44,585 nt of DNA from a virus. Lineage: Duplodnaviria; Caudoviricetes. The notes beneath the pieces are model-generated. The model was not told the DNA's origin. It searched no databases and saw nothing but the letters and a program-made list of their open reading frames with translations. Where the stretch lies: positions 1 through 44,585 of IMG/VR virus record IMGVR_UViG_3300012971_000011. One strand, given 5' to 3'. This document shows, piece after piece, positions 33,882 through 43,401 of the stretch. Each line of letters opens with the position of its first letter. Position 1 is the stretch's first letter. The position numbers and the translations under genes were made by a program.

Positions 33882-34631
33882 CTAGGCGAGTTCCCAGACC
33901 CGGAGCGCGCGGGTGTGGATGGTGCAGCCGAAGCCCACGGCCTGGGGCGTGGTGGTCTGGCCCGTCAGCTTCATCCGGCTGGTCGTGCTGAGGACGTGGA
34001 CGGCGATCAGCGTGACGCTCCACGGGACCGACCAGGAGAAGCCGGGCGAGACGGTGAAGGAGACGTTCTGGATCGTCTGGTCGAGCAGGTTCCCGGTGAC
34101 GTCGCCCGGGTTGCCGTCCGATTTGAGATTGATCGTGACCGTGACGTTCTCGTTGGCGTTGCCGTCCATCTGGCCCGAGAGCCGACCGACCGCGAGATGG
34201 TAGCCGCCGCGACTGGCCGGCGTCCAGACCAGCTCGCCGAGGAGTTGCTCGGCGGTCCCGATGCTGATCCCGGGCGCGTCGCTCAACTGGGCGAGGGCGA
34301 AGGTCGTCTGGCCGATGCCGATCTTCGCGGTCGTCACCGCGCCGTCCTTGAGCGAGGTCGTGTCCACGGTCCCGGAGGGGAGCGTCGTCCCGGGCGCGAG
34401 GTCGGAGCCCAGGATCTTCCCGGCGAGATCGAGTTTCCTGTACTGGATCTTGACCCCGGTCCCGAGGACGTTGATGTTGGCGTCGTCTATGTTACCGTTT
34501 ACCAAGTTGTAGAGGGTGTTGAAGTCGAGATCGACGTCGGCGTCGATGATGTCCGGGAAGCCAGCGGCCACCTCATCGACGTAGTTGGCGCTGCCACCAG
34601 CGGGCTTCGGCGGTCGCGGGGTGGTTCCCAT
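33882..34631 (-). CDS. Tail needle/short fibre-like protein
   Basis: DVDLDFNTLYNLVNG, DGAVTTAKI repeat and SRGGYHL C-terminal domain ending WELA, like 2859-3554 (YELA). Confidence 0.6.
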   Translation of the reverse strand: MGTTPRPPKPAGGSANYVDEVAAGFPDIIDADVDLDFNTLYNLVNGNIDDANINVLGTGVKIQYRKLDLAGKILGSDLAPGTTLPSGTVDTTSLKDGAVTTAKIGIGQTTFALAQLSDAPGISIGTAEQLLGELVWTPASRGGYHLAVGRLSGQMDGNANENVTVTINLKSDGNPGDVTGNLLDQTIQNVSFTVSPGFSWSVPWSVTLIAVHVLSTTSRMKLTGQTTTPQAVGFGCTIHTRALRVWELA

Positions 34632-34640
34632 GGAGGCTCC

Positions 34641-36767
34641 TTAGCTGACGCGCTCGCCGAGGAAGCGCACCTTGCGCTCCGAGAAGATGAACAGCAGCTC
34701 GAAGTCGCGGAGTTCGACGTTCGCCATCGACTTGAGCGTCGTCGGGTCGTTGTCGGAGGCGTCCTGGGCGGGGTCGTGGGTGACGTTGACGACGACCGAG
34801 AGGGCGCGGGGACGGGTATAGGGCGCGATCGTCTGCACCTCGACCGGGGTGATCGAGCCGAAGTGGGCCGTGTTCCAGCACTTGTTCGGGGGTGGGGGCT
34901 CGCCGTCGGCGCCGGCATGGAGATGGACGAAGCGTCCCGGGTCCTCCATCCCCTCGCCGATGATGACCGGGTCGAAGACGGTCGCCTTCCCGGCGTCGGC
35001 GAAGAGGGTGACGTGGAGGGCGGACTTGGCGGTTGCCTGACAGATCAGGCGGAGCCGCGTGAACACCTTCGGAATGAAGGGCTGGTCGGCGTCGAAGCGT
35101 CCCGAGCGGAGGAAGGAGCGGATCGGGATCGGCGTCGTCTGTCCGGGGATCGTCTCCTGGTAGATGCCGAGCTGGTGGCAGGCGAAGATCTCGGTGGTGG
35201 TGGGACCGGTGGGGGCGACGGCGGCGACGTAGCCGCGATCCACCTCGCGCGTCGAGTCCGGATCCGAGGCCATCGCCGAGACGGTGACGCCGGTGTGCGG
35301 ACCCCACCAGGAGGGCGCGTCCGTCACGCCCTGGCGGAGATCGAGCCACCACTGCGTCGTCAGCGTGCTGCCGGCAGCCGCCGGCATGGCGATCTTGTAG
35401 AACTGCTTGTGGAAGGTGGCGCACACCTGGCTCCGGACGCCGACCGGGATCTGGCGGATCTGGTCCGCGATCGGCCAGCCGACGTCCTGGGGGTAGCCAC
35501 CTCCGGGGGGAACAAGGTAGATAGAATCTATGCCACACCAGATGGTCCCGTAGGGGGTGTTGACGATCGAGCAGTGCGAGATGCAGCCGACGCGGGAGGA
35601 GAGTTCCACCAGCGTGGCGGGGACGTCGGGATTCGGGTCGAAGGGATCACCTTGCACCATGAAGGTGCGCGAGCTGGTGAAGAAGAGGAGCGGGGAGGTG
35701 GCGTCGTAGTCGGAGGTGACGCCGGCGATCCCGAGGCCGGTCACCGTCTGGGGGAGCGGGACCTGGGCGAAGTCCGGGAAGAGGGTCCCTTGGTTAAACG
35801 CGGCCTGCTCCAGGCCCGGGAGGATCACGTCGGTCGCGTACACGCGGTAGGGGGCGTCCGGGACCGTGGCGGTCGCCTGCATGCCGGCGAAGACCACGCG
35901 GTTCCGCCAGACGAGGAACATATTTCCTGTACGAAATACGTTGATACCTCCCGCCATGGGGACGCGGGTGTCCGAGACGTCGAAGGAGGAGAAGGTGTTC
36001 GTCACGGCGGAGGCGGCGAGGCTGTCCGCCTGCATCGTCGCATACTCGATCGGGAAGTTCCGGGGCGAGACGAAGAGGCGATAGACGCTGTTCGTCGGCA
36101 GCGCGACCGAGGGCGCGGTGAAGGCGACGACCTTCCCGGAGGCGACCGCGATCGTCGCGGGGTCGGTGCGCCCCGTGTAAATCAGCTTCACGGTGTCATA
36201 CGCGCCCCAGGCGAAGCTGTAGGTGCCGGTGGGGACCTGGCGGTCGGCGGCGCTGCCGGCGGTGGCGTCGGTCACCGTGGGCGCCGCTGGGGCGCCGAGA
36301 TTGGTGATCGGGGCGAAGGTGAGCGTATTCGCGCCGGCGTCGCCGATCTTCCAGGACATGAGCGGGTCCTTCCCGTTGCCGGCGTAGATCCGGTCGCGGA
36401 AGCAGACCATGCCGCCGCGTGCGGTGTGATCGGGGAAGGTGGCGTTCGGGGGATTGGTCGTGGGGGCGCCCTCGTCCTGGAGCTGGCGGACCTGGGCGGC
36501 GGCGCTCGGCGTCAGGCAGTAGGCGTAGAGGTAGGGGACGCCGTTCGGGTCGTGGGCGGCGAGCAGCGCGGTGACGGTGGCGTTCCCGAGCGACTGGAGC
36601 GAGCGGTGCCCGGGGCGGACGCCGATCCGGTAGGACTGGGTCGGGATCCAGTTCTCCGAGCGCGCGACGAAGGAGGGACCGAGAAAGGTCGAGTCGATCT
36701 GGGTGTTCGTCCCCTGGAACTTCCGGAGGCGGAACGCCTGCTCAGGCGAGTCCTTCGGCGCGGCCAT
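34641..36767 (-). CDS. Tail tube/nozzle (stabilisation) protein, P22 gp10 / T7 gp12 analogue
   Basis: 708 aa, beta-rich, VGCISHCSIV motif; follows the adaptor. Confidence 0.65.
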   Translation of the reverse strand: MAAPKDSPEQAFRLRKFQGTNTQIDSTFLGPSFVARSENWIPTQSYRIGVRPGHRSLQSLGNATVTALLAAHDPNGVPYLYAYCLTPSAAAQVRQLQDEGAPTTNPPNATFPDHTARGGMVCFRDRIYAGNGKDPLMSWKIGDAGANTLTFAPITNLGAPAAPTVTDATAGSAADRQVPTGTYSFAWGAYDTVKLIYTGRTDPATIAVASGKVVAFTAPSVALPTNSVYRLFVSPRNFPIEYATMQADSLAASAVTNTFSSFDVSDTRVPMAGGINVFRTGNMFLVWRNRVVFAGMQATATVPDAPYRVYATDVILPGLEQAAFNQGTLFPDFAQVPLPQTVTGLGIAGVTSDYDATSPLLFFTSSRTFMVQGDPFDPNPDVPATLVELSSRVGCISHCSIVNTPYGTIWCGIDSIYLVPPGGGYPQDVGWPIADQIRQIPVGVRSQVCATFHKQFYKIAMPAAAGSTLTTQWWLDLRQGVTDAPSWWGPHTGVTVSAMASDPDSTREVDRGYVAAVAPTGPTTTEIFACHQLGIYQETIPGQTTPIPIRSFLRSGRFDADQPFIPKVFTRLRLICQATAKSALHVTLFADAGKATVFDPVIIGEGMEDPGRFVHLHAGADGEPPPPNKCWNTAHFGSITPVEVQTIAPYTRPRALSVVVNVTHDPAQDASDNDPTTLKSMANVELRDFELLFIFSERKVRFLGERVS

Positions 36768-36774
36768 CCATCAC

Positions 36775-37464
36775 TCAGACGTTGCCTCGCCACGGGCGCG
36801 AGAAGATGGTCGGATCGAGCGGCACGAAGGCCGGATAGCTGCGCTCCGGGAAGGCGCCACCCCGGGCGCGATTCACCGACTCCGCGTTGACACCATATTG
36901 GTCGCCCCGGCGGGGATCCACCTCGTAGGACATCGCCCACTCGAACATCAAGTCGATCAGAAGAAAGTCCCATTGAAAGAGTGGGACGTCCTGGTCGTAG
37001 GCGTTGGCGTCGGACGTCGGCATGTCCGGGGGCAGGATCTTGTAGCGGAAGGTCCCGGCACAGGTGTCCTGGGGAAGGGGCCAGCACCGTCCGATCGGGA
37101 CGGAGTAGTCGATCGTCCAGATGCGGGGGCGGGTGGCGTAGACGTTCGCGTCCGACGTGCTGCGTTGCTGGAAGTCCCGGTGATCGACCTCCGTGACGAC
37201 GCCGCGATTCGGGGAGCCGCCGACGGTCTCGATCAGGAGGGATTGGTCGTCCTCGGGTTTGACGAACATGTCCGGGAGCGTGATGAAGCCGTTCATCGGG
37301 ATGGTGATCGGCCCGAGGCGCCAGAGCCACGGCCAGTCCCAGCCTTGCTGGAGTTCCTGGAGGATCCTGTTTAACCGCGAACGGGCCGCGTTCTTGAGCG
37401 AGACCGAGGTATTGCCGACCCGCTGGAGGGCCTGGTCGAGAATGTCACCCCGCGTCGCGCGCAC
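36775..37464 (-). CDS. Head-tail adaptor protein
   Basis: LNRILQELQQGWDWPWL..ITLPDMF..WPLP pattern; position. Confidence 0.65.
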   Translation of the reverse strand: MRATRGDILDQALQRVGNTSVSLKNAARSRLNRILQELQQGWDWPWLWRLGPITIPMNGFITLPDMFVKPEDDQSLLIETVGGSPNRGVVTEVDHRDFQQRSTSDANVYATRPRIWTIDYSVPIGRCWPLPQDTCAGTFRYKILPPDMPTSDANAYDQDVPLFQWDFLLIDLMFEWAMSYEVDPRRGDQYGVNAESVNRARGGAFPERSYPAFVPLDPTIFSRPWRGNV

Positions 37465-37780
37465 CGTTCAGCTCCTGCTTCTTCATCTCGATCGCCAGCT
37501 CCAGCTCCTGGAGTTCCTCGGCGCGGTGCTCGATCTGACGCTGGAGCGCGGTGATCTGCTGCTGATGGATCATCACGACCTTCTCGTTGTGGGCGATCAT
37601 CGCTTCGCGCATCGAGGCCATCACCATACCATATGTCTCTATAGCTCTCTCTCTCGTTGTTTCGTAACATTCGAGGGAGATCTGCTCCTCCTCGGTGACG
37701 CGGCGGGTGACGACCAGGCGGTAGGGGCCGTACTTCCATGGTTTGGCTTGCCCATCGCGGATGAGTTCGCCGTAGTTCAT
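37445..37780 (-). CDS. Hypothetical coiled-coil protein (111 aa)
   Basis: GGAGG RBS; heptad C-terminus. Confidence 0.6.
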   Translation of the reverse strand: MNYGELIRDGQAKPWKYGPYRLVVTRRVTEEEQISLECYETTRERAIETYGMVMASMREAMIAHNEKVVMIHQQQITALQRQIEHRAEELQELELAIEMKKQELNGARDAG

Positions 37781-38247
37781 GGCGCCTCCGTCCCGTCGTC
37801 GCGGGCGATGCGCGCCATGCGGGCTCTGCTCCCGATCGTACCGAGGTCGATAGTCCTCCCATTAGACTTTAACCTATTCAGTTCTACTCTCTGATTCTCA
37901 TGGATCATCCAGAGGAGGTACTGGGCGACCGAGGAGCGCACGGTGTAGGTGCCGGGCGGGAAGGTCTTCGGGCCGATGACGAAGGGCTCGCCGGTGACGG
38001 AGGCAGGGACCGTCACCTCGACGAGGGGCTCGCGCGCATCGAGGACGTCCTGGGTGGCGCGCAAGAGGCGCGTGAGTTCGACCCGCCGATTCATCGCGGC
38101 CTGCGACTGATCGGGGGCCAGGATCTGGTACTCTTCGGAGTAGAGGCGGAGTTTCTTTCGGAGCTGGCGATCGGGGAGATCGGAGAGCGCCGGCTCGGCG
38201 GGCTCCTCCACCACCTCGGGCTCCGGGTCGGACTTCTTTTTCGTCAT
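37777..38247 (-). CDS. Hypothetical protein downstream of the capsid gene (156 aa)
   Basis: Start MTKKKSDPEP after GAAGGCAGG. Confidence 0.6.
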   Translation of the reverse strand: MTKKKSDPEPEVVEEPAEPALSDLPDRQLRKKLRLYSEEYQILAPDQSQAAMNRRVELTRLLRATQDVLDAREPLVEVTVPASVTGEPFVIGPKTFPPGTYTVRSSVAQYLLWMIHENQRVELNRLKSNGRTIDLGTIGSRARMARIARDDGTEAP

Positions 38248-38282
38248 GGCTAGCCTGCCTTCTAGGTAGGTTTGGGAACGGA

Positions 38283-39599
38283 TCAGCCGAAGGCGCTCGC
38301 GGACTCGATGCGGACGCCGAAGTCGGGATTCAGGACGAGGGCCTTGAAGAGTTGCTTCCAGCCGGCCTTGGTGCGCTGGGCGAGGGGATCGGACTCGCTG
38401 GCGGTCGCCGGGACGACGTAGGTCTTGAGTGCGTCGAGCTGGGTCGCGCCGAGGTAGCCGCGTCCCATGATGTAGGAGATGTGGATCGTGATCGTGCCCG
38501 GCGGGATCGGCGGAGCGACCGGGCCGGAGCCGGTGGCGACGAAGGCGTTGCCGGAGGTGGGAGCGCCTCCCGCGACGATGTAGGCGACGTCGTTGTTGGC
38601 GACGTTGTGGCGGACGCGGAGCTGGAGGGTCGCGGTGCCGGTCGCCCCGGACTGGAGCGTCGTGTAGATGCGGTAGGTGCCACTCGGCGCCACGGTCTGG
38701 TTGATCTGCACCTTGACGGCGAAGGAGGCGGCGTTCGAGATCAGCGACTCGGCGGAGATCAGGTCCTCGAAGCCGGTCTGCGGATTCAGCTTGGTGACGA
38801 CGACGCGGACGCCCGGGGCCGCGAAGCCGGTGCCGCCGGGCCAGTTGGTGGTGGTCGTGTCGGCGGTGATCGTGACCCACGCCGCGTTCATCAACTGGAT
38901 GATCGGGATGTAGTTCGAGCGCATCCAGTCCACACCCATCCAGCGCCCGATGTCGGCGTCTCGCAAGGTTTCTACCTGGGAGAAGACGCCGGCGAGCTGG
39001 AAGGTGGAGTCCTTGGAGATGTCCATCTCGACGAAGGGATCGACGACGCCCCGGAGGCGTCCGCCGCCGTAGGGGGGAGCGCCGTTCTGGCGCAGCCGGG
39101 CGACCGAGCGGCGGACGTCGTCGGTGGTGACGACGTCGGCCTGGGTGAGCGCGGAGCGGGAGGTACGCTGGGCGGCGAAGTAGATGTTGGTCGAGCCCAT
39201 CGCGACGACCTGGACTTCGCGATCGACCAGCTCGTTGTGCTGCAAGGTCAGCAGCTCTCTCGCCTGCTGGACGAGAGGATGTTTGATGACGAGGATGACG
39301 ACGTCGGACATGGAGACGACGGCACCCCACTGGTCGAGGACCGCGTCCACGGTGGAGAGGGTGATCGGGGTCGCGACCGGGGTGACCGACTCCTCCAGGG
39401 GCGCCTCGGGGAGCGGGAGGCGCTCGTAGCGGGTGAACTGACAGGTTTTCCCGGAGCCCTTCGGGATGGTGGATTTCTCGGCGAGATTCCAGAAGACGGT
39501 GTCCCGCTCCGCCCGTTCCAGCAGCTCGTCCATGATGTAGACGGCCAGGATGTCCGGGCTCATGCTTGCAGCGGTTGCGAGGTTTGGATCAGTTGCCAT
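38283..39599 (-). CDS. Major capsid protein, N4-gp56-like (HK97 fold) with inserted domain
   Basis: IPKGSGKTCQFTRY, PLEESVTP, LDQWG, DIGRWMGV and DPLAQRTKAGWK motifs; AAAGGAG RBS. Confidence 0.88.
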   Translation of the reverse strand: MATDPNLATAASMSPDILAVYIMDELLERAERDTVFWNLAEKSTIPKGSGKTCQFTRYERLPLPEAPLEESVTPVATPITLSTVDAVLDQWGAVVSMSDVVILVIKHPLVQQARELLTLQHNELVDREVQVVAMGSTNIYFAAQRTSRSALTQADVVTTDDVRRSVARLRQNGAPPYGGGRLRGVVDPFVEMDISKDSTFQLAGVFSQVETLRDADIGRWMGVDWMRSNYIPIIQLMNAAWVTITADTTTTNWPGGTGFAAPGVRVVVTKLNPQTGFEDLISAESLISNAASFAVKVQINQTVAPSGTYRIYTTLQSGATGTATLQLRVRHNVANNDVAYIVAGGAPTSGNAFVATGSGPVAPPIPPGTITIHISYIMGRGYLGATQLDALKTYVVPATASESDPLAQRTKAGWKQLFKALVLNPDFGVRIESASAFG

Positions 39600-39635
39600 G
39601 CTTTCTCCTTTCTTGCTAGCCGTCTATGCTCTGGT

Positions 39636-40382
39636 CTAGCGGATCGGGGTCTCGGAATGCTGCGCGAAGAACTGCTTGCGCTCCTCGCGGCTCATGCCCA
39701 TCAGATCGTCGGCACCCTTGACGGGGCGCTCGACCTCCATCGCGGCGGCGCGGACGGGGCGGAGCCCGCCGGCCTGAGAGACGTCCCGCGACCGGACGGC
39801 GGCGGGGGAAGGCGTGGACGGACGGGGCGTCGTGGCAGTCTGGCCGAACTGGCCACCCGCCGCGCCGCCCACGGTGTCACTCCCCTGGCCGGAGATCTTG
39901 TCGATGTTGTTCGCGACCGCGATCCGGTAGGCGACGTCCAGGGGGACGTAGCGCCCGGCTTGCTGCTCGGATTTCCGGATCTTGGTGATGTCCTGGAAGA
40001 GGGTGTCGGCGTGCGGGTAGGTCTCGATGTCACGCAACATGGTGAGTTGCGCGATGTCGTCGGCCTGCTGCTGGATGATGGCGAGGACCTCGCCGGCAGC
40101 CTGCCCGAGGTAGGCCTGGAGGAAGGGGACGATCAGGTCGCCGTTCTTCTCGATCTCCTGGTCGGAGAGCCCGAGGCCGGCGATCTGCTGGCGGAGGTTC
40201 TGGGGAATCTGGAAGCGCTTGCCGGGTGGGAGGGGCGGCGCACCGGGGGGAGCGGGCGGCGGAGGCCGGAGCGCGTTCAGCGTCTCTTCCATCCGGGAGA
40301 GGCGCTCGTTCGAGGTGCGAATCTGCTCGTCACGCTCGGCGAGGGCCTGCTGGAGCTGATCGACGGTCGGTTCGTCTGCCAT
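39636..40382 (-). CDS. Putative capsid scaffolding protein
   Basis: Helical protein directly upstream of the MCP; C-terminal MSREERKQF. Confidence 0.6.
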   Translation of the reverse strand: MADEPTVDQLQQALAERDEQIRTSNERLSRMEETLNALRPPPPAPPGAPPLPPGKRFQIPQNLRQQIAGLGLSDQEIEKNGDLIVPFLQAYLGQAAGEVLAIIQQQADDIAQLTMLRDIETYPHADTLFQDITKIRKSEQQAGRYVPLDVAYRIAVANNIDKISGQGSDTVGGAAGGQFGQTATTPRPSTPSPAAVRSRDVSQAGGLRPVRAAAMEVERPVKGADDLMGMSREERKQFFAQHSETPIR

Positions 40383-40384
40383 GG

Positions 40385-40723
40385 CTATCTACCCTCAAAG
40401 CTATGGACTTGGGGATTGTACTCCCGCTCCGCCTCTCCGTCTGGCTGGGTGGAGGCAGCGAGCTGGGAATACTGGAGAATCATCTGGGGTCCGCCGTGTA
40501 GCAGAAGGGAGAGTTGCTGGATAGCGCCCCAGCGCTCGTACAGGTTTTCTCCCTCCTTGAGTGGGGAGGCGAGGAGGGCTTCGCGTTGCGCGTTGATGCC
40601 GTCCCGGAGGCCCTGCCAGACGTCGGAGACCTCGATCGCGCGGAGCATGTCGCGCGCCTTCGCCGAGAAGAGGGGGTGCTCCTCGGGCTTCACTTCGGGA
40701 AGATCGAGGCCGTGGCGGAGCAT
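40385..40723 (-). CDS. Hypothetical helical protein (112 aa)
   Basis: Lies between the portal and scaffold genes. Confidence 0.6.
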   Translation of the reverse strand: MLRHGLDLPEVKPEEHPLFSAKARDMLRAIEVSDVWQGLRDGINAQREALLASPLKEGENLYERWGAIQQLSLLLHGGPQMILQYSQLAASTQPDGEAEREYNPQVHSFEGR

Positions 40724-40727
40724 CGCG

Positions 40728-41000
40728 TCAGATCCTGGGCGGGGCTTGCAGCTTCATCTGCTTCGGCGGCTTCGCCATCGCGGCCTTGGTCCGTTTGCCG
40801 AGCCCGGGGCGCTGGCCGATCGCGAGGGGGGGCTTGCGCTTCGGGGCGGCGGCGCTTCCCCCACCTCCGGCGATGGCGCCGAAGAGGCCCTTCTGCGCCT
40901 GGGAGAGGGGATTTCCCCGCACCGTGCCGTCGGTCAAGATCTGCTTCGCCTTCCCGGGGGACATGTTCACCTTGGCGGAGGGCTTCGGAGGTTTGGCCAT
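40728..41000 (-). CDS. Small Lys/Pro-rich basic protein (90 aa)
   Basis: KAKQILTDGTVRGNPLSQAQKGLFGAIAGG. Confidence 0.6.
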   Translation of the reverse strand: MAKPPKPSAKVNMSPGKAKQILTDGTVRGNPLSQAQKGLFGAIAGGGGSAAAPKRKPPLAIGQRPGLGKRTKAAMAKPPKQMKLQAPPRI

Positions 41001-41124
41001 CTCAGGTCCAATCCGGGTGGCCGGTCAGCATCCGATTCCACTCCGCGTCCCACACGGCGGTCTGCGGCAGGTTCGCCGCATGGGTCGTGTTGTAGAGGTA
41101 TGTGTTTACACCCATGATAGACTC

Positions 41125-43401
41125 CTATTGCATTGTTCCCCTAGGCAACCTTCTCTGAAGATCGCCTTCATTGGTGGTCTGGGGCGGACGCCCGGGATTC
41201 TCGGGCATCCCCCCACCCGGCCCACCTGGAGGGGAGCCACCGGGGGCGGCGCTCGCGTTCGGTGGACCGGGCGGGGAGCCCGCAGCCCCTCCTCCCATCA
41301 GTTGGGCCATGGCAGCCTGCTGAGCCTGTTCTTGCTGGATCTGCTGCTTCATGGCGAAGGAGGCGGCGTGACGCTGGATGTGCTGGATCACTTCCTGCTT
41401 GGTCGGCATGGGGAGGGCCTGGCCCTCGGGGGACTGGAGGAACTGGTTGTGGATCTGGGCGTGCTTCATGTCGTCGTCGATCGGGGAGACCGTCACCTCG
41501 TCGCCGCGTCCGACCTGGAAGAGCTGGTTCTCGATGACGGCGTCCACCGCCCGGGTGGGGGTGATGTCCTTCACGATCATCTCGGCCTCGCGGTCCCCGA
41601 AGCCGGTCGCCCAGACCTCGCGCAGGAGATACTTCCAGTCCACGCGGGCGTTGTCCTGGGCGAGGAACTGCGGCGGGACGCGGGCCAGGATCTGGATGAA
41701 GTTGAGCATCTGCTGGACGCGCACGTTCTGGTTGAAGGAGAAGGTCGAGCCGAGCCACTCGAAGAGGTAGCCTCCCACGAGTGTATCTCTAGTTACCTGA
41801 GTCTCTAGAACGACCGCGCCGTCGGCGCCATCGACGCGCAGCGCGAGGTCGCGGTCGAGGCACTGCTGGAGGAGCGAGAACATCCACTCCAGCATGTCGT
41901 TCATGACGCCCTGTTCGAGGTTCTCGACGACGTCGCGCACCTGGAGGAGGGCCTCGCCGGAGACGATCGACATCCCGGTCGCGGTCTCGACCGCTCGGCC
42001 ACGCGCACGACCGGAGGTCTGCAGGCCGGCGCCGCCGAAGGGCGCCACGTTCGAGACGTCGTTCATCATGGCGATCAGGAAGTTGACCACCTGGATCCCC
42101 GCCATGGCGGAGTCCTTCGGGGGCTCGATGAAGTTGATCGAGTCCCTCGGGCTCCGGACCAGCCAGCGCGCGGCGGGGGCCAAGCGGATCGAGTCCGGGA
42201 ACTGGACGGCGTTCGCGTCCATCGCGACGATCGGATTCAGGGCGAAGACCAGGCCGTCGCCGGTCTGGTTCATGGTATCATTCATGAAGTATTGGAAGTA
42301 GTCGAGGAGGAACATGACGCCGTAGCCCCAGAACTCGTTCTGCATCTCGCAGAACTTGGCAGCGAGATAGGGTGGCTCCTGCTTCCAGTAGGGACACTGG
42401 CGAGCCTGGACGAGGCACTCGTCGCCGACGATCCAGAGCTGCCACCACTGCGGGATGTCCGGGGGCGGGTAGCCGTCGGCTTCGGTGCCGTCCGCGCCGG
42501 AGGCGTCGATGGTGCCGTACCAGTAGGCCTTGGTGAAATCCATCGGACGCTTCGGGTCCTCGCGCGGTTTCTCCGACTTCGAGCGCAGCCCCTTCGTCAG
42601 GAGGCGGATCTGCTCGGCCTGGAACTTGTCGGAGTCGCGCGAGGACACCCCGGTGCGGAGTTTCTTCACCTCGGCCCAGTTCTCCACCTGGGTCCCCAGC
42701 TCCGGGCGGTCCTGGTCGATCGGGGTGTCGGACATCCGCTCCAGGGTGTCCCAGTTCACCATCATGTCCTCGAACACCAGCTCCGCGTTACGGACATATT
42801 GACAGGTATATGGGTAGACGTAGAAGAGGAAGGGATCGACGACGCGGAAGGTGGGACCGAGGTAGCGGGTGACGGTCTTCGTGCCCTCGACGATCTGGGA
42901 GACGCCGGTGGTGGGATCGGCTTCGGCGAGGAGGGAGGGGACCTCCTGCTCGTCGAGATTCCAGCCCATCTCGGCGATCCCGGTGCCGTAGATGCACAGC
43001 GTGCGGAGCAGGCCGGGGAAGGTGCCAGTGATCCGCATCTGCTGGCGCAGGAGTTTCATCATCAGTTCGTGGACGACGGTGCCGCGCTCCTGGTTCGCGG
43101 TCGAGTCGGGGGTGTTCTTGAACCACTTCCCCGAGTCCGGGAAGAGATCGGCGCGCAACTTCTGGACCCAGTTCTCGACGATCCGGTGAGCAATAGGAAG
43201 ATACATCCGGAGTCTACCATGATAGCTCTGTTCAGTGCCCCGGAGCGTCCAGAGATTGTAGTAGCGGAGCCACTGCGGGCGGATGACCTGGTTCTTCTCC
43301 TGGCGGACCTGGATGAACTGCGGGGCGAGGGTCTTCTTCCACCAGTTCCGCACCGACGCCTTCTTGGCGAGGTTCGGGGAGAGGACGAGTTGGTCGCTCA
43401 T
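41125..43401 (-). CDS. Portal protein (podoviral type)
   Basis: 758 aa; IYGTGI, VDPFLFYVYP, EFWGYG and ETATG motifs; Q/P/G-rich tail; position upstream of scaffold and MCP. Confidence 0.85.
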   Translation of the reverse strand: MSDQLVLSPNLAKKASVRNWWKKTLAPQFIQVRQEKNQVIRPQWLRYYNLWTLRGTEQSYHGRLRMYLPIAHRIVENWVQKLRADLFPDSGKWFKNTPDSTANQERGTVVHELMMKLLRQQMRITGTFPGLLRTLCIYGTGIAEMGWNLDEQEVPSLLAEADPTTGVSQIVEGTKTVTRYLGPTFRVVDPFLFYVYPYTCQYVRNAELVFEDMMVNWDTLERMSDTPIDQDRPELGTQVENWAEVKKLRTGVSSRDSDKFQAEQIRLLTKGLRSKSEKPREDPKRPMDFTKAYWYGTIDASGADGTEADGYPPPDIPQWWQLWIVGDECLVQARQCPYWKQEPPYLAAKFCEMQNEFWGYGVMFLLDYFQYFMNDTMNQTGDGLVFALNPIVAMDANAVQFPDSIRLAPAARWLVRSPRDSINFIEPPKDSAMAGIQVVNFLIAMMNDVSNVAPFGGAGLQTSGRARGRAVETATGMSIVSGEALLQVRDVVENLEQGVMNDMLEWMFSLLQQCLDRDLALRVDGADGAVVLETQVTRDTLVGGYLFEWLGSTFSFNQNVRVQQMLNFIQILARVPPQFLAQDNARVDWKYLLREVWATGFGDREAEMIVKDITPTRAVDAVIENQLFQVGRGDEVTVSPIDDDMKHAQIHNQFLQSPEGQALPMPTKQEVIQHIQRHAASFAMKQQIQQEQAQQAAMAQLMGGGAAGSPPGPPNASAAPGGSPPGGPGGGMPENPGRPPQTTNEGDLQRRLPRGTMQ

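Noticed and set aside
37777-39330. Possible -1 frameshift extending the capsid protein into the downstream gene
   Set aside because: The frame is open, but no slippery heptamer is visible near the MCP stop and the downstream gene has its own start.
33801-41117. Very long + strand ORFs (33801-36890, 38352-41117) and similar shadows (30386-32458, 16296-17594)
   Set aside because: Antisense or alternate-frame ORFs expected at this GC content; no motifs, and they overlap well-supported genes.
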